Source: an uncultured Streptococcus sp. | GTDB taxonomy: Bacteria > Bacillota > Bacilli > Lactobacillales > Streptococcaceae | Assembly (NCBI GenBank): GCA_938020365.1 | Contig: CALIIB010000107.1 | Coordinates: 292-64,291 of the forward strand | Length of the DNA: 64,000 bases | Reading direction: 5' to 3' | Part shown: piece by piece, positions 1 to 11,352 of the stretch | Layout: every line of letters starts with the position of its first letter | Position numbering within the stretch: the first letter of the stretch is position 1 | Position numbers and translations under genes: made by a program | The notes under the pieces: generated by a model | The model's input: the letters and a program-made list of their open reading frames with translations, nothing else | Database searches by the model: none | What the model was told of the DNA's origin: nothing

Positions 1-77
1 TTAAAATTGCTAGTTTTTCCTGAAATTTTAAGTAATTCCCAAGCAATTTTTGAATTCAGACATTTTCAGCTTCTTTG

Positions 78-106
78 AAAAAAGAAAAAAACTGACCGAA
101 GTCAGC
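78..106 (-). terminator. Rho-independent terminator after tRNA-Leu
   Basis: Minus-strand hairpin CTGAC-TTCG-GTCAG (92-105), followed by a T-run (seen as an A-run at 78-91 on the + strand). Confidence 0.6.
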
Positions 107-114
107 TAATCCTA

Positions 115-200
115 TGCGGAGAGAGGGACTTGAACCCTCACGACCTAAAGCGGTCACAGGATCCTTAGTCCTGCGCGTCTGCCAATTCCGCCATCCCCGC
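115..200 (-). tRNA. tRNA-Leu, anticodon AAG (class II, long variable arm)
   Basis: 86-nt cloverleaf. Acceptor GCGGGGA/TCTCCGC with one G-T pair. D-loop AATTGGCAGA. Anticodon stem CAGGA/TCCTG with loop C-T-AAG-G-A. Long variable arm. T-arm GAGGG-TTCAAGT-CCCTC. Discriminator A. No encoded CCA. Confidence 0.85.
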
Positions 201-216
201 GATTGAGTACTTTACT

Positions 217-245
217 AGTATAACAGGATAATCTCCTCTTGTCAA
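217..245 (-). promoter_or_regulatory. Sigma-70 type promoter of tRNA-Leu
   Basis: On the minus strand: TTGACA (245-240), a 17-nt spacer, then TATACT (222-217), about 16 nt upstream of the tRNA 5' end. Confidence 0.6.
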
Positions 246-332
246 CACCTTTTTTTCAAAACTTTTTAAAAGTCTTTTCAAAAATAAAAATGAGACAGGA
301 CTCGTAAACACTGCCCCATCTCACTCTTTTCA

Positions 333-683
333 TTAATGTTTTTCTAAATTGCGGAGCATCTGATCAATCTTGTTACCGTACTCAATAGACTCATCTTTGA
401 CGAAAGTCAAATCTGGAATCTTATACATCTTGAGGTTTCGGCCCAGTTCACGCTTAATGGTGCCGGTTGCCTTTTCCAAGCCCAGCTGTGCCTTTTGATT
501 ATCCGAAGCCAAGTCACTCATGATGCTATAGTAGACCTTGGCCATAGACAGATCGCCCAGCATTTGGACATCGGTAATGGTCACACCTTGGACACGTGGA
601 TCACGGACTTTCTTTTGCAAAATCTCATTGACTTCGCGCTTGATTTCCATTCCTACACGGTCGGTACGAAAATGATTTGCCAT
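333..683 (-). CDS. rbfA: Ribosome-binding factor A
   Basis: 116-aa ORF with the typical RbfA N-terminus ([19 protein letters not shown]). Lies downstream of infB, as in other Firmicutes. Confidence 0.9.
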   Translation of the reverse strand: MANHFRTDRVGMEIKREVNEILQKKVRDPRVQGVTITDVQMLGDLSMAKVYYSIMSDLASDNQKAQLGLEKATGTIKRELGRNLKMYKIPDLTFVKDESIEYGNKIDQMLRNLEKH

Positions 684-718
684 AGGATTTCCTTTCTAAA
701 TTTTTTCTTCTGCAATAT

Positions 719-893
719 GAGGCTGGGACAAAAGTCCTAGCCTCTCAATTGTCTTTGGATTGTCGAGCAAGACGCAGTGGTTGAGTGGGCTCTACTACGC
801 TGATTTCATCAGCTTTTACAGCCCTACTCAACTGTGCGGAGGTGGGACGACGAAATCGAATTCTAACGAATTACCGATTTCTGTCCCAGTCTC
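719..893. repeat. MITE-like intergenic repeat, copy 1 of 3
   Basis: About 175 bp, near-identical to 38451-38627 and 38988-39171. Terminal inverted repeat GAGGCTGGGACAAAA / TTCTGTCCCAGTCTC. Internal long hairpin GTTGAGTGGGCT...AGCCCTACTCAAC. No ORF. Confidence 0.85.
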
Positions 894-1013
894 ATATGTT
901 TAGTTTTAGTTGAATGAAATTCGCTCTAAGCTCTTTGCGAAAAAGGAACTTGGACTAGAAGTATCGACTTCCATCAAATATGCTTTTCACTGAGAGTTTT
1001 CGACGGATTTCTC

Positions 1014-3821
1014 TTACTTCTTAATTTCTTCCATGATGTAGGCTTCAATCGTATCATCCACTTGGATATCGTTATAGCCGTCAATCATGAGACCACCTTC
1101 GCGGCCATTAGTGACTTCTTTCACATCATCCTTGAAGTGTTTCAAGCTAGCCAACTGACCGTCGTAAATTACGACGCCATCACGTATGACACGAACCTTA
1201 GAATCACGGGTAACTTTACCATTGATAACCATGAATCCACCGATAGTACCAACCTTGGAAACTTTGAAAGTTTCGCGGATAAGGGCTTCCCCGATGATTT
1301 TTTCTTGGTATTCTGGGTCCAGCATTCCTTTCATGGCATCTTCCATTTCTTCGATAACCTTATAGATAATGCTGTGAAGACGGATTTCTACATCATCAGC
1401 TTCTGCTTGCTGGCGAGCTTGTGGTGTAGGGCGAACGTTAAATCCAATGATAAAGGCATTTGAAGCTTCTGCCAAAGTTACATCGGATTCATTGATAGCA
1501 CCAACTGCTGAGTGGACAATGGTAATCTTAACGCCTTCCACTTCAATCTTCTGTAAGGAAGCAGCCAAGGCTTCTACAGAACCTTGTACATCAGCTTTGA
1601 TAATGACGTTAACAGACTTAACTTCACCGGCTTTAAGGGTATCAAAGAGATTTTCCAGACTGACACGATGAGTAGCTTGACGTTGTTTAAGAAGGGCACG
1701 TTTAGCACGTTCTTCACCAGCTGCACGCGCAGCTTTTTCATCTTCATAGACGGCAAAGTGATCACCTGCCATCGGAGTTTCATTCAAACCTGTGATGGAA
1801 ACCGGCGTAGATGGACCTGCCACTTTGACACGACGACCTAAGTCATTGGTCATAGCACGGACACGCCCGAAGGTATTTCCGACAACGATTGGATCTTGAA
1901 CATTCAGCGTACCTTGTTGGACAAGAAGGGTTGCAACTGCACCTTTTCCTTTATCCAAACGGGCTTCGATAACAGTACCGATAGCACGAACAGTCGGATC
2001 TGCCTTGAGTTCTTGAATTTCTGCTACAAGCAGAACTGTTTCCAAAAGCTCATCGATGTTTTGGTTGAATTTCGCAGAGATTTCAACAAACTCAGAATCT
2101 CCACCCCAAGCAGTAGACATGACACCATGCTCAGCCAATTCACCAATTACGCGCTCAGGATTGGCACCTGGCTTATCGATCTTGTTGATAGCCACAATAA
2201 TTGGCACATTAGCGGCTTTAGAGTGGTTGATCGCTTCAATAGTCTGAGGCATAACACCGTCATCAGCTGCTACGACCAAGATGGTAATATCGGTAACAGA
2301 TGCACCACGCGCACGCATCGAAGTAAAGGCCGCGTGTCCAGGCGTATCCAAGAAAGTAATCTTCTTGCCATTTTCCTCAATCTGGTAGGCACCGATATGC
2401 TGAGTGATACCACCCGCTTCACCTGTCGCAATGCGAGAGTTACGTAGAGTATCCAAGAGGGTTGTTTTACCATGGTCAACGTGTCCCATGATAGTTACAA
2501 CCGGCGGACGCTCTACCAATTCATCTGGATTGATATAGCCTTCTTCGACAAAGAAGCGCTCAATATCAGCTGTATCCACTTCTACCTTCTTCTTAGCTTC
2601 GATACCGTAGTCCACCATGAGGAGCTCAATAGTATCACCGTCAAGAGATTGGTTTTGCGTTGCCATCACGCCCATCATAAAGAGCTTCTTAACGATTTCA
2701 GCTGGCTCGCGCTTGATCCGTTTTGCGATTTCCGCAACGGTCATGCCATCTGTGTATTCGAATTCGCTTGGCAACTCATGGAACTTGCGTTCTGTAACAG
2801 GTTTTGGAACCTGATTCTGGTTACCTTTTCCTTTTTTATTTTTCTTATTGTTATTCCAGTTACTGTTTCTTTGATTTCTCACTTGATTTTGACTATTTCG
2901 ATTCTTTTGTTGTTTTCTTGGACCTTCTTCTTCGCGATCAAAATCATCGCGCTTCTTATCTGGTCGAGCTTGCTTTTTACGACGAGTATCTACCGCAGCT
3001 TGTGCTGGTGAAGGAGCAGCCGGTTGGACTGTTTCAGCTGGAGTAGCTTTAAATACTTCAGCAGTTGTTGGCTCTGCTTGGACTGGCTCTTTTCGTCTAT
3101 TCTGGCGTTCCTGCGCTTCTTTAGCTGCTTGAGCCTGTTTGAAACGCTCCTCACTAGAACGTGCGTACTCCGCATTTTGCTCTGCTTTCAGAGCTGCTGC
3201 CCGAGCCTTAAAGTCAATTTTCGGACCTTGAGGCTGTTGGCGGTTTTGACCGTTAAATCCTTGATGATTCTGACCATTCCGACGGCCATCTTGACCACGA
3301 TTATCACGACGGTCATTACGGCGCTCTTGGCGATCGTTGTTGGCCTTGCGGTCATGACGATCACGCTCATTACTTTCCTTCTGGTCAGAATTTTGTGGTT
3401 TCCGATTTTGTTGCTGCTTACGACGCTCTGCTTGTTCCTTGGCACGTGCTTCACGCTCTGCCTTAAAATTTCGACTTTGTGGTCGCGCTGGAGCCGGTTT
3501 GGCTGGAGCTTCAGCCGCCGCTGCTTCAACAACTTTTGGCTCTTCTTTTTTAACAGGGGCCACTTCTTTTTGGACTGGAGCAGCTGGTTTTTCAGCTACT
3601 TTATTTGGTGCTGGCTGGGAATTCACCTCTTTTTCTGGAAGAGGCTTAGCAACTTCTTTAGTCTTAGTCGCGAAGCTATCCTTGATGCGCTGGCTTGCTT
3701 CTTCTTCTACGCTGGAAGAATGGCTTTTGACTTCTAGCCCTAATTCCTTAGCCCGAGCTACTACCTCTTTACTTTCCTTCCCCAATTCTTTTGCGATTTC
3801 GTACAATCTAATTCTAGACAA
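1014..3821 (-). CDS. infB: Translation initiation factor IF-2
   Basis: 935 aa. G-domain motifs [17 protein letters not shown] and NKID. Low-complexity Lys/Glu/Gln/Arg-rich N-terminal region. Confidence 0.97.
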   Translation of the reverse strand: MSRIRLYEIAKELGKESKEVVARAKELGLEVKSHSSSVEEEASQRIKDSFATKTKEVAKPLPEKEVNSQPAPNKVAEKPAAPVQKEVAPVKKEEPKVVEAAAAEAPAKPAPARPQSRNFKAEREARAKEQAERRKQQQNRKPQNSDQKESNERDRHDRKANNDRQERRNDRRDNRGQDGRRNGQNHQGFNGQNRQQPQGPKIDFKARAAALKAEQNAEYARSSEERFKQAQAAKEAQERQNRRKEPVQAEPTTAEVFKATPAETVQPAAPSPAQAAVDTRRKKQARPDKKRDDFDREEEGPRKQQKNRNSQNQVRNQRNSNWNNNKKNKKGKGNQNQVPKPVTERKFHELPSEFEYTDGMTVAEIAKRIKREPAEIVKKLFMMGVMATQNQSLDGDTIELLMVDYGIEAKKKVEVDTADIERFFVEEGYINPDELVERPPVVTIMGHVDHGKTTLLDTLRNSRIATGEAGGITQHIGAYQIEENGKKITFLDTPGHAAFTSMRARGASVTDITILVVAADDGVMPQTIEAINHSKAANVPIIVAINKIDKPGANPERVIGELAEHGVMSTAWGGDSEFVEISAKFNQNIDELLETVLLVAEIQELKADPTVRAIGTVIEARLDKGKGAVATLLVQQGTLNVQDPIVVGNTFGRVRAMTNDLGRRVKVAGPSTPVSITGLNETPMAGDHFAVYEDEKAARAAGEERAKRALLKQRQATHRVSLENLFDTLKAGEVKSVNVIIKADVQGSVEALAASLQKIEVEGVKITIVHSAVGAINESDVTLAEASNAFIIGFNVRPTPQARQQAEADDVEIRLHSIIYKVIEEMEDAMKGMLDPEYQEKIIGEALIRETFKVSKVGTIGGFMVINGKVTRDSKVRVIRDGVVIYDGQLASLKHFKDDVKEVTNGREGGLMIDGYNDIQVDDTIEAYIMEEIKK

Positions 3822-3837
3822 TTCTTGTCCTCCTCTT

Positions 3838-4137
3838 CTATTGCATAAGAGACCTCATTTTCTTTGTAAAACCAGCATCTGTGATGGCGGCTACTTTACG
3901 AGCTTTGCCAATCGCAGTGCTTAATTCCAGTGTTGAAAACACGGTTGACACTTCTATCTTGTAATAATGGCTTTTATCAGTAATCTTTTTCGTCAGATTC
4001 GGTCCGGCATCTTCAGCTAGAAAGATCAGATGAACCTTTCCTTCTTGGATGGCTTTGATGACCAATTCTTCTCCTGAAATGATGCGGCCAGCTCGCTGGG
4101 CCAAACCCAGCAAGTTTGCTAGTTTTTCTTTATTCAA
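3838..4137 (-). CDS. ylxQ: L7Ae/L30e-family RNA-binding protein YlxQ
   Basis: Motif [18 protein letters not shown]. The ORF track begins at 4179, but the conserved N-terminus [10 protein letters not shown] corresponds to a TTG at 4137, which overlaps the ylxR stop by 8 nt. Confidence 0.8.
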   Translation of the reverse strand: MNKEKLANLLGLAQRAGRIISGEELVIKAIQEGKVHLIFLAEDAGPNLTKKITDKSHYYKIEVSTVFSTLELSTAIGKARKVAAITDAGFTKKMRSLMQ

Positions 4138-4426
4138 GACCCAACTCTCTTCTCTTGACCTTGTGATCGACATAGGCAATCAGCTCGTCGTAGAAACTTT
4201 CTTCTACTTCCATACTGAAACTACGATTAAAGACCCGTTTTTTCTTGGCCTGCTGAGCTTCTTCGTTATCTAGCTTGATATACGCACCTCGCCCATTGGC
4301 CTTGCCTGTCGGATCAATGAAGACCTGACCTTCTTTATTCTTGACGATGCGCAACAAATCACGCTTGTCAATCACTTCATTTGACACAACTGATTTTCTC
4401 AAAGGGATTTTTCTTGTTTTTGCCAT
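4130..4426 (-). CDS. ylxR: YlxR/RnpM family (DUF448) RNA-binding protein
   Basis: 98 aa with RKIPLRKSV...DPTGKANGRGAYI. Sits in the conserved nusA-ylxR-ylxQ-infB order. Confidence 0.85.
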   Translation of the reverse strand: MAKTRKIPLRKSVVSNEVIDKRDLLRIVKNKEGQVFIDPTGKANGRGAYIKLDNEEAQQAKKKRVFNRSFSMEVEESFYDELIAYVDHKVKRRELGLE

Positions 4427-4437
4427 ATCTGCCTCCC

Positions 4438-5682
4438 TTATTCTGCGGCTACTGCTTCACTTTCTTCGAGTTCGATTTCAGTTGCCACTTCTGTACCATC
4501 TGCCAGCTCTTCTGCTTCAAATTCTGCTGAAAGGGCATCTACTTCGGCTGGTACGTAATCTTGGCCAAATCCACCAAGCTCGTTGGCTGCTTCCATTGCT
4601 TCAAATTCGCTGGCTGACTTGATATCAATTCTAAAGCCAGTCAAATGAGCTGCCAAGCGAACGTTTTGACCACGACGGCCGATAGCCAGAGAAAGTTTAT
4701 TATCTGGCACAACAACCAAAGCTCGCTTGTTGTCTTCTGCATGGAAGATAACTTGATCGACCTCAGCTGGAGCAATGGCATTGTAGATGTACTCGGCTGG
4801 ATCGGCAACCCATTCGATGACATCGATATTTTCCTCAGTCGGGATCATACGACCACTTTTGGCATCGTATTTAGCTGGGTGGAATTTGCTGGTAATCTTC
4901 TTGATATTGGCACCACCACGTCCGACGATGGTTCCGATCGCATCCACGTTTGGATTGTGGCTGCGAACCGCTACCTTGGTCCGATCGCCCGCTTCCCGAG
5001 ACACGCTCATGATTTCCACAGTTCCGTCGTAAACCTCAGGAATTTCCTGCTCCATCAAGCGCTTGATCATTTCTGGATGGCTACGGCTAACGAAGACATT
5101 GACACCACGAGGATTGTCTTCTACCTTGTAGACAAAAACTTCGATACGGTCATGAGAGGCAAAGACCTCACCAGGAATCTGGTCTTGTTTAGATAATTGT
5201 GCTTCAATGGTGCCTAGATTGACATAGATAAAGCGATTATCAAAGCGCTCTACTGTTCCTGACATGATTTCATTTTCATGTTCTTTGTAGGTATTGTAAG
5301 TGATAGCACGAGTCTGCTTGCGCATCTTTTCCATGATGGTCTGCTTAGCAGATTGAGCTGCTACGCGGCCAAATTCAGCTGGCGCTTCTTCAAACTTGAT
5401 CTTGTCTCCTAGCTCATAGGCAGAGCTGATAGCCAAGGCATCCTTGAGACTGATTTCCAAGCGGCTGTCAAAGACCTCGTCCACGACTTCACGGACAGTA
5501 TAGACATGGAAATCACCTGTTTTTTCATTAAACTCAATGGCTGCGCTGTCTGCCTGACCGTAGCGACGACGATAAGCAGAGCGAAGGGATTCTGTCACTG
5601 CTTCGATAATATCTTCTTTTTTAATACCTTTGTCCTCTTCCAAAATACGGAAGGCCTCTAGCATTTCTTTACTCATCTTCAT
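4438..5682 (-). CDS. nusA: Transcription termination/antitermination factor NusA
   Basis: 414 aa. Has the MSKEMLEAFRILEEDKGI N-terminus and S1 and KH regions. The true start may be the ATG at 5676. Confidence 0.95.
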   Translation of the reverse strand: MKMSKEMLEAFRILEEDKGIKKEDIIEAVTESLRSAYRRRYGQADSAAIEFNEKTGDFHVYTVREVVDEVFDSRLEISLKDALAISSAYELGDKIKFEEAPAEFGRVAAQSAKQTIMEKMRKQTRAITYNTYKEHENEIMSGTVERFDNRFIYVNLGTIEAQLSKQDQIPGEVFASHDRIEVFVYKVEDNPRGVNVFVSRSHPEMIKRLMEQEIPEVYDGTVEIMSVSREAGDRTKVAVRSHNPNVDAIGTIVGRGGANIKKITSKFHPAKYDAKSGRMIPTEENIDVIEWVADPAEYIYNAIAPAEVDQVIFHAEDNKRALVVVPDNKLSLAIGRRGQNVRLAAHLTGFRIDIKSASEFEAMEAANELGGFGQDYVPAEVDALSAEFEAEELADGTEVATEIELEESEAVAAE

Positions 5683-5739
5683 GTAACTTTTGCTGAAGCA
5701 AAAGTATTCCTTTCTTCATTATATTATTGCGATTTTTCA

Positions 5740-6234
5740 CTAAAATTTAACGGCCAGTCTTGCTTTTGACACTAGATTATATGGAATTTCAACTTCTTTT
5801 TTGCGTGTTTTATCCATATATTCCATGAGCAAGACATCGTCTTCAAATCCAAGCAACGTTCCTTCGAAAACCTTGTTTTTATCCAGTGCCTTATAAAGAC
5901 TGACATGGATATAGCTTCCAACTGCAGCTGCCACAGCTTCCTTGGTCTTCAGCGGACGCTCCAAGCCTGGGCTAGTCACTTCCAGAAAATACTGGTCAGG
6001 AAAAGGATCGGGCTTGATAGAGTCCAACAGAGGACTGATAATATCGGTCAAATCTGCTGTATCATTGACCGTAATCCCCTCGGGCTTGTCTACAAAAACA
6101 CTGAGAACATGGTCACCGCCCATCTTGCCGTACTCAATATCTACTAATTCATAGGGTTCTTGGATGGCTGGCTCAATGACTTCTCTTACTAATTCAACAA
6201 TTGTTGCGATAAGACTGCACCTCCTCACAGACAA
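5740..6234 (-). CDS. rimP: Ribosome maturation factor RimP
   Basis: Conserved [14 protein letters not shown]...SPGLERPLK. The 5' end is uncertain: an AGGAGG at 6220-6225 lies inside the ORF-track N-terminus. Confidence 0.85.
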   Translation of the reverse strand: MSVRRCSLIATIVELVREVIEPAIQEPYELVDIEYGKMGGDHVLSVFVDKPEGITVNDTADLTDIISPLLDSIKPDPFPDQYFLEVTSPGLERPLKTKEAVAAAVGSYIHVSLYKALDKNKVFEGTLLGFEDDVLLMEYMDKTRKKEVEIPYNLVSKARLAVKF

Positions 6235-6374
6235 GAGGCGAAGATACTTCCTCGCCTCTCTTTTATATTCACTAAAATGATTATAGCATAGTCTGCCTTG
6301 AAAATCAAGGGATATACTTCCAATTCTCTACAAAGTCTAAAATAGACTAGATAGGATAACTGTAGCTAGGCGCC

Positions 6375-8252
6375 TTATTGATGGTCCGTCGATGCTGTTG
6401 TAGAGCTGCTGGAAGAGCTAGAGTGACTTTCACTCTCACTCGTGGTGCTACTGGAAGGCGATGACGACGATGAACGTTCGCTTGTACTAGAAGAACTTGT
6501 TACCGTACCGTCTGTCACGTAGAAAGTAATCTTGGTATTTGATTTCAATTTAATACCTTGACCAGCTGCTGGAGACTGGGATGTCACCAAATCAGCTTGA
6601 CTGGACTCCACGGAGCGATCAATCACTCGCTCAATACGAGACGAAGCGATTCCCATCTCCATCAGATAGGACCGCGCATAGGCATACGAAACTTGGAGAT
6701 GGCCAAAGTCCGGCATTGGAACAGTAGTCACTGTTTTAGCAACGGTCAGAGTAATCTGTTTATTGGACGTCACATCATAAGAAGAGCCTGCAGCTGGGGT
6801 TTGGCTGATGACCACTCCTTCTTCAGCATCAGAACTTTCTTCTTCTACAATCTTGATCAGCTTCTCAGGAATATTGTAAGTGCTTTTCAGATCTTCAATC
6901 GCCTCTGAGGACTTCTTACCAACGTAATTTTCTACTGTAAAGGTTTTTGCTCCTTTGGAGACAATCAAATCCACTTTACTGTTTTCACGACGTTGACTAT
7001 TAGCTGGTGGATCTGTCTTGATGATCTTACCTTCCGCCACTTTATCACTGTAGTCCTCCTTGATTTCTCCTACCTCAAGGCCCTTAGCAGTAATGGTCGA
7101 ACGAGCTTCCGCCACTGTTTGACCTGCTACATCTGGAACTGTAGTATTGGCAGGACTCTTGTAAATCAGAAAGAAGAAGGCTGCAAAAACTAAGAGAATA
7201 GCTAAGAACATAACTTTGTATCTAGCTCTTAAATGACGTTTTTTCGGCTTTTTAACTGGAGCTTTTAAAACAGAGGTCTCTCTCTTCACATCAGCTGCAG
7301 CTTTAGGAGCCACTGCTTCTGCGACAGGACTTGGAGCTGACTGAGGGATTGGAGGAACTTTTGGCAAAGTTTTAGTATCCGCCTTGGCCCCATCATCAAA
7401 GACCAGTTTCTTTTCATTTCGGCGATCATAAGATAAGCTACTGGACAAATCAACATACATCTCTGCAACAGATTGATAGCGATCGCTCAGCTTTTTAGCC
7501 GTTGCCTTAATGACCACATTTTCCAAGGCCTGAGGAACATTCGGATTTTCTGCGATGATTGAAGGCAGGGGCTTTTGGAAATGCTGCAAAGCAATCGTCA
7601 CAGCACTATCTCCGTCATAAGGGATATGCCCTGTCAGCATCTCGTAGAAAATAATCCCCATGGCATAAATATCGCTCTGAACAGTGGCTTTGGAACCCCG
7701 TGCCTGTTCTGGCGAAAGATAATGCACCGACCCCAGCATCGAATTGGTCTGGGTCAGGCTGGTCTCTGCGAAAGCCACGGCAATCCCAAAATCTGTTACC
7801 TTAGCATCGCCATCTGGTGTTAAGAGGACATTTTGTGGTTTTAGGTCACGGTGGACAATCCCGCGTGTATGCGCCAGGCGCATAGCCAGTAGGATTTGCC
7901 CCATGATTCTGACTGCTTCTTCGTTTGAAAGTGGAGAATTTTCTTTGATATAGCGCTTGAGGTCAAGGCCAGACACATATTCCATGGCCAGATACTGCTG
8001 ACCATCTTCTTCTCCAATATCGGAAATCCGGACAATGTAAGGATGATCCAAGTCCGCCATTGCTTTGGCTTCTCTTTGGAAGCGGGCAACTGCAATAGGA
8101 TCTGTCTGATAATTGGTTCTAAGAACCTTTACAGCAACCTCCTCACCATCAAGTATCAGATCTCGCGCCAGATAGACATCTGCCATGCCTCCACGGCCAA
8201 TCTGTTTGATGATTTTGTATCGCCCGGCAAAGATCTTGCCGATTTGAATCAT
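6375..8252 (-). CDS. stkP: Ser/Thr protein kinase with extracellular PASTA repeats
   Basis: 625 aa. Kinase motifs HRDLKPQN and DFGIA, a single TM segment, PASTA-like repeats and a Ser-rich C-terminal tail. The start overlaps the phpP stop (ATGA). Confidence 0.93.
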   Translation of the reverse strand: MIQIGKIFAGRYKIIKQIGRGGMADVYLARDLILDGEEVAVKVLRTNYQTDPIAVARFQREAKAMADLDHPYIVRISDIGEEDGQQYLAMEYVSGLDLKRYIKENSPLSNEEAVRIMGQILLAMRLAHTRGIVHRDLKPQNVLLTPDGDAKVTDFGIAVAFAETSLTQTNSMLGSVHYLSPEQARGSKATVQSDIYAMGIIFYEMLTGHIPYDGDSAVTIALQHFQKPLPSIIAENPNVPQALENVVIKATAKKLSDRYQSVAEMYVDLSSSLSYDRRNEKKLVFDDGAKADTKTLPKVPPIPQSAPSPVAEAVAPKAAADVKRETSVLKAPVKKPKKRHLRARYKVMFLAILLVFAAFFFLIYKSPANTTVPDVAGQTVAEARSTITAKGLEVGEIKEDYSDKVAEGKIIKTDPPANSQRRENSKVDLIVSKGAKTFTVENYVGKKSSEAIEDLKSTYNIPEKLIKIVEEESSDAEEGVVISQTPAAGSSYDVTSNKQITLTVAKTVTTVPMPDFGHLQVSYAYARSYLMEMGIASSRIERVIDRSVESSQADLVTSQSPAAGQGIKLKSNTKITFYVTDGTVTSSSSTSERSSSSSPSSSTTSESESHSSSSSSSTTASTDHQ

Positions 8253-8989
8253 TCCTGTTCCTCCTTGTCAAAACGAACCAGGGCAACTGTGATATTATCC
8301 AGTCCTCCAGCATTGTTGGCAAAGCGAATTAAGGTTTCAGTTTTTTCAGATAAGCTGATATCGCTGGTGACAATATCATAAATTTCGCTGTCTGAAATCA
8401 TATTGGTCAGACCGTCACTGTTGAGCAGAAGGTAATCACCATCTTCTAACGTGATCATGCCATAGTCAGGCTGCACTTCGTCTTTTTGACCGATAGATTG
8501 AGTGATAATATTCTTCTGCGGATGGCGTTCCGCCTCTTCTTGTGTAATCTGTCCAGCCTTGAGCAAAGCATTAACAAGTGAATGGTCACTGGTTAATTGG
8601 CTATATTCCTCGCCACGAATCAAGCCAATGCGAGAATCACCAATATGAGCATAGATGGCTTGATTATCAATAATGGCTAAGGCTTCTAGCGTCGTGCCCA
8701 TGCCCTTGTATTCTTCGTCCTGACCAAATTGGTGGATACGCTGATTTTCTTGTTCCAAATGCTCTGCAAACCATTCACGGACTTGGTTCACTGAGTCAAT
8801 CTGGGTATCAACCCATGCAGCTCCTAAGTCTGTTACTGCCATCTCACTGGCAATGTTGCCAGCCCTGTGGCCACCCATACCATCAGCCAAGATAATCATG
8901 GTCTTGCCAGCCCGATTTACAAAAAGATTGGCATAATCCTGATTATTTGTCCGCTTTTGACCAACATCTGTTAATATTGAAATTTCCAT
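8249..8989 (-). CDS. phpP: PP2C-family Ser/Thr phosphatase
   Basis: 246 aa with ADGMGGH and DGLTN motifs. Translationally coupled to stkP. Confidence 0.93.
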   Translation of the reverse strand: MEISILTDVGQKRTNNQDYANLFVNRAGKTMIILADGMGGHRAGNIASEMAVTDLGAAWVDTQIDSVNQVREWFAEHLEQENQRIHQFGQDEEYKGMGTTLEALAIIDNQAIYAHIGDSRIGLIRGEEYSQLTSDHSLVNALLKAGQITQEEAERHPQKNIITQSIGQKDEVQPDYGMITLEDGDYLLLNSDGLTNMISDSEIYDIVTSDISLSEKTETLIRFANNAGGLDNITVALVRFDKEEQE

Positions 8990-9007
8990 ACTGTCAGTTT
9001 CCTCCTC

Positions 9008-10333
9008 TTAGTCCGATATCTTCCTAAATTGACTGATAAAAAATCCATCGCTTCCGTATAATTCCGGCGTAATCAAAATACAGCCGTCTTTCACGATATC
9101 TTCTCTTTCATGTTCTAGTCTAACTTGCTCAAAATTTGGATGTCTTTCTAGAAAATTCTTAACTACTTCAAAATTCTCTGCAGACACAATCGTGCAAGTA
9201 CTATAAGTTATTATACCACCTTTACGTAGACTTTGACAAACGCTGTCTAATATATCCAGCTGAATTTTTTGTAAATTTTCAAAATCGGCGTTTTCCTTAT
9301 TGTACTTAATGTCTGGTTTGCGGCGAATCAGACCAATTCCCGAGCAGGGGGCATCCACCAAAATCTTGTCGAAGGCATCTGGACCAAAAGTCTCAAACAC
9401 CTTGGTCGCATCTAGCTTTTTAGCGGTAATTTTATCTGCCAAGCCCAGACGTTCTGCATTTTGACGAATCAAGTCCAGCTTATGGTCGTAAAGATCCAAG
9501 GCTATAATTTGACCAGTCGTCAGGTAGGAAGCCATGTGCACTGCCTTGCCACCCGGCGCACTGCAGGCATCCAAAATCTGCTCATTCCCTTCAATTTGTA
9601 GAGTCGGAGCAACCAGCTGGCTAGACTCGTCTTGAATAGTGATCAAGCCTTTTTCAAAGAACTCATGACCAGCAAAATGGCCTTGCTTCTTGACCAAGGC
9701 TGAAGGAGCTAAGAGCGAATCGTCCGCACCCAAAACTGCTTTAATTTCTTCCTTTCGAGCCAAATCCGTCACTCGAATGCTAGCCTTGTTGCGCTCAAAG
9801 AGACTAGCAAAGATGGCTTCCGCGCGTTCTTCCCCGTATTCGTCAATCAAAACCTTGACCAGCCAGACCGGCAGAGAATACTGGACTGAGTAGCGCTTGT
9901 TCTTGCGGTTGATACTGGTCGGATCAGCTGCGCCTTCCCGCTCGATTTTCCGCAGGATGGCATTGACATATTTTTCACTGCCACGCTTGCGGCCTTTTGC
10001 AATCTCAACAGCTTCATTGACGACAGCATGCTGGGGGATTTTATCTAGATAGAGCATCTGGTAGAGGCTGAGCTCAAGCAGGATATAAAGCCAAGCATCC
10101 AGCTTGTCTCTGTCCTCCACCCAATGAGCCAGCTGCCATTCTAGAGTAATTTTGCGAGCGACCGTTCCATAAACCAGCTCCGTAACCAAGCTTTTATCAG
10201 CTGAACTGAGGCTATTTTGTTTCAGAGCCTTATTGAGGGCAATATTGGAATAAGCTCCCTCTTCAAAGACTTCTTCCAGAATTTGCAGAGCAAGCTCTCG
10301 GGCTCTGTTTTGCTTACTTTCCAAATTCATCAC
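9008..10333 (-). CDS. rsmB: 16S rRNA (cytosine967-C5)-methyltransferase
   Basis: 441 aa. N-terminal NusB-like region, SAM motif DACSAPGGK and catalytic TCT. Confidence 0.9.
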   Translation of the reverse strand: MMNLESKQNRARELALQILEEVFEEGAYSNIALNKALKQNSLSSADKSLVTELVYGTVARKITLEWQLAHWVEDRDKLDAWLYILLELSLYQMLYLDKIPQHAVVNEAVEIAKGRKRGSEKYVNAILRKIEREGAADPTSINRKNKRYSVQYSLPVWLVKVLIDEYGEERAEAIFASLFERNKASIRVTDLARKEEIKAVLGADDSLLAPSALVKKQGHFAGHEFFEKGLITIQDESSQLVAPTLQIEGNEQILDACSAPGGKAVHMASYLTTGQIIALDLYDHKLDLIRQNAERLGLADKITAKKLDATKVFETFGPDAFDKILVDAPCSGIGLIRRKPDIKYNKENADFENLQKIQLDILDSVCQSLRKGGIITYSTCTIVSAENFEVVKNFLERHPNFEQVRLEHEREDIVKDGCILITPELYGSDGFFISQFRKISD

Positions 10334-11252
10334 CTACTGCTAAACTCCGACCTAGACCGTTGAGAAAGTCCTTAATATCCATTTTGGGCTTGCCGAATGG
10401 CTGCACCGTCTTTAGAGAAAGGGCTCCCTGACCCGCTGCGACAACTAATTCTTTCTTGCTGATCGTCAAGATTTCACCTGGACGACCACTGCCTTCCGCT
10501 TGGCTAACTTCGTAAATCTTGAAGCGCTGACCAGCTAGCAGGGTATGGGCCACCGGCCAAGGATTCATGCCCCGAACCTGATTGAAAATCTGACGACTGG
10601 TCTTTGTCCAATCAATCCGCTCTTGATCTGGACTGATATTCGGTGAAAAAGTTACCAACTCTGGATCCTGAGGCTGAGCTTGAATCTCTCCCGCTACATA
10701 GGCTGGCAAGACTTCTAAAAGAAGATCGCGACCAATCACAGCTAGTTTTTCAAAGAGAGTTCCTACATTATCAGACTCTTCAATGGATGTTGCCCGACTG
10801 GCAATCATATCGCCAGCATCCATCTCCTTGACCATCTCCATAATGGTCACACCCGCTTCTTGGTCACCATTTATCAAGGCATAATGAATAGGTGCTCCGC
10901 CACGGTATTTAGGCAAGAGAGACGCATGGACATTCACTGCGAAGTTAACGCTGTCCAGCAATCGGCTAGGCAGAAATTGACCAAAGGCTGCTGTCACGAT
11001 GCCGTCAGCTCCCAAGTTCATAAGCTCTTCCAAGTCAGCGCTTTTAGCTAACTTTTCTGGTTGATAAACCGGCAAGCCGTTGGCTAAAGCCACTTCCTTG
11101 ACCGGTGTCATGCGGATTTCCTTTTTACGACCCACTGCTCGGTCTGGTTGAGTGACCACTGCTAAAATTTCATATTGTTCGCTTTCCAGCAGGCCTTTTA
11201 AGACCGTTGCTGAAAAGTCAGGCGTTCCCATAAAAATTAATTTCACTGTCAT
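10314..11252 (-). CDS. fmt: Methionyl-tRNA formyltransferase
   Basis: [14 protein letters not shown] motif. Start set at [11 protein letters not shown] (ATG at 11252, SD GAGGAA) rather than the upstream ORF-track start at 11282. Confidence 0.92.
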   Translation of the reverse strand: MTVKLIFMGTPDFSATVLKGLLESEQYEILAVVTQPDRAVGRKKEIRMTPVKEVALANGLPVYQPEKLAKSADLEELMNLGADGIVTAAFGQFLPSRLLDSVNFAVNVHASLLPKYRGGAPIHYALINGDQEAGVTIMEMVKEMDAGDMIASRATSIEESDNVGTLFEKLAVIGRDLLLEVLPAYVAGEIQAQPQDPELVTFSPNISPDQERIDWTKTSRQIFNQVRGMNPWPVAHTLLAGQRFKIYEVSQAEGSGRPGEILTISKKELVVAAGQGALSLKTVQPFGKPKMDIKDFLNGLGRSLAVGDEFGK

Positions 11253-11352
11253 TTCCTCAAATCTGTCGCAGAAACCTGTCACCTGCGACTATTTTTCTTT
11301 CTATTATATCAAAAAAGCGAGCAAAGCTGACAGCTCTCGCTCACTTTTGCCA

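Noticed and set aside
1-63. Short minus-strand ATG frame at the left window edge
   Set aside because: It has only 11 codons before a stop, with no SD and no supporting context.
2800-3700. Repetitive-looking DNA in the 5' third of infB
   Set aside because: It reflects the low-complexity Lys/Glu/Arg/Gln/Asn-rich N-terminal region typical of IF-2, not a mobile or tandem repeat element.
1062-3924. Many antisense ORFs of 60-240 aa inside infB (for example 3024-3737 and 3439-3924). Similar ORFs lie inside nusA (4645-5196), priA, bgaA (40865-41473, 43229-43771) and metG.
   Set aside because: These are shadow frames opposite highly conserved genes. They have no ribosome-binding sites and their composition is biased and low-complexity.
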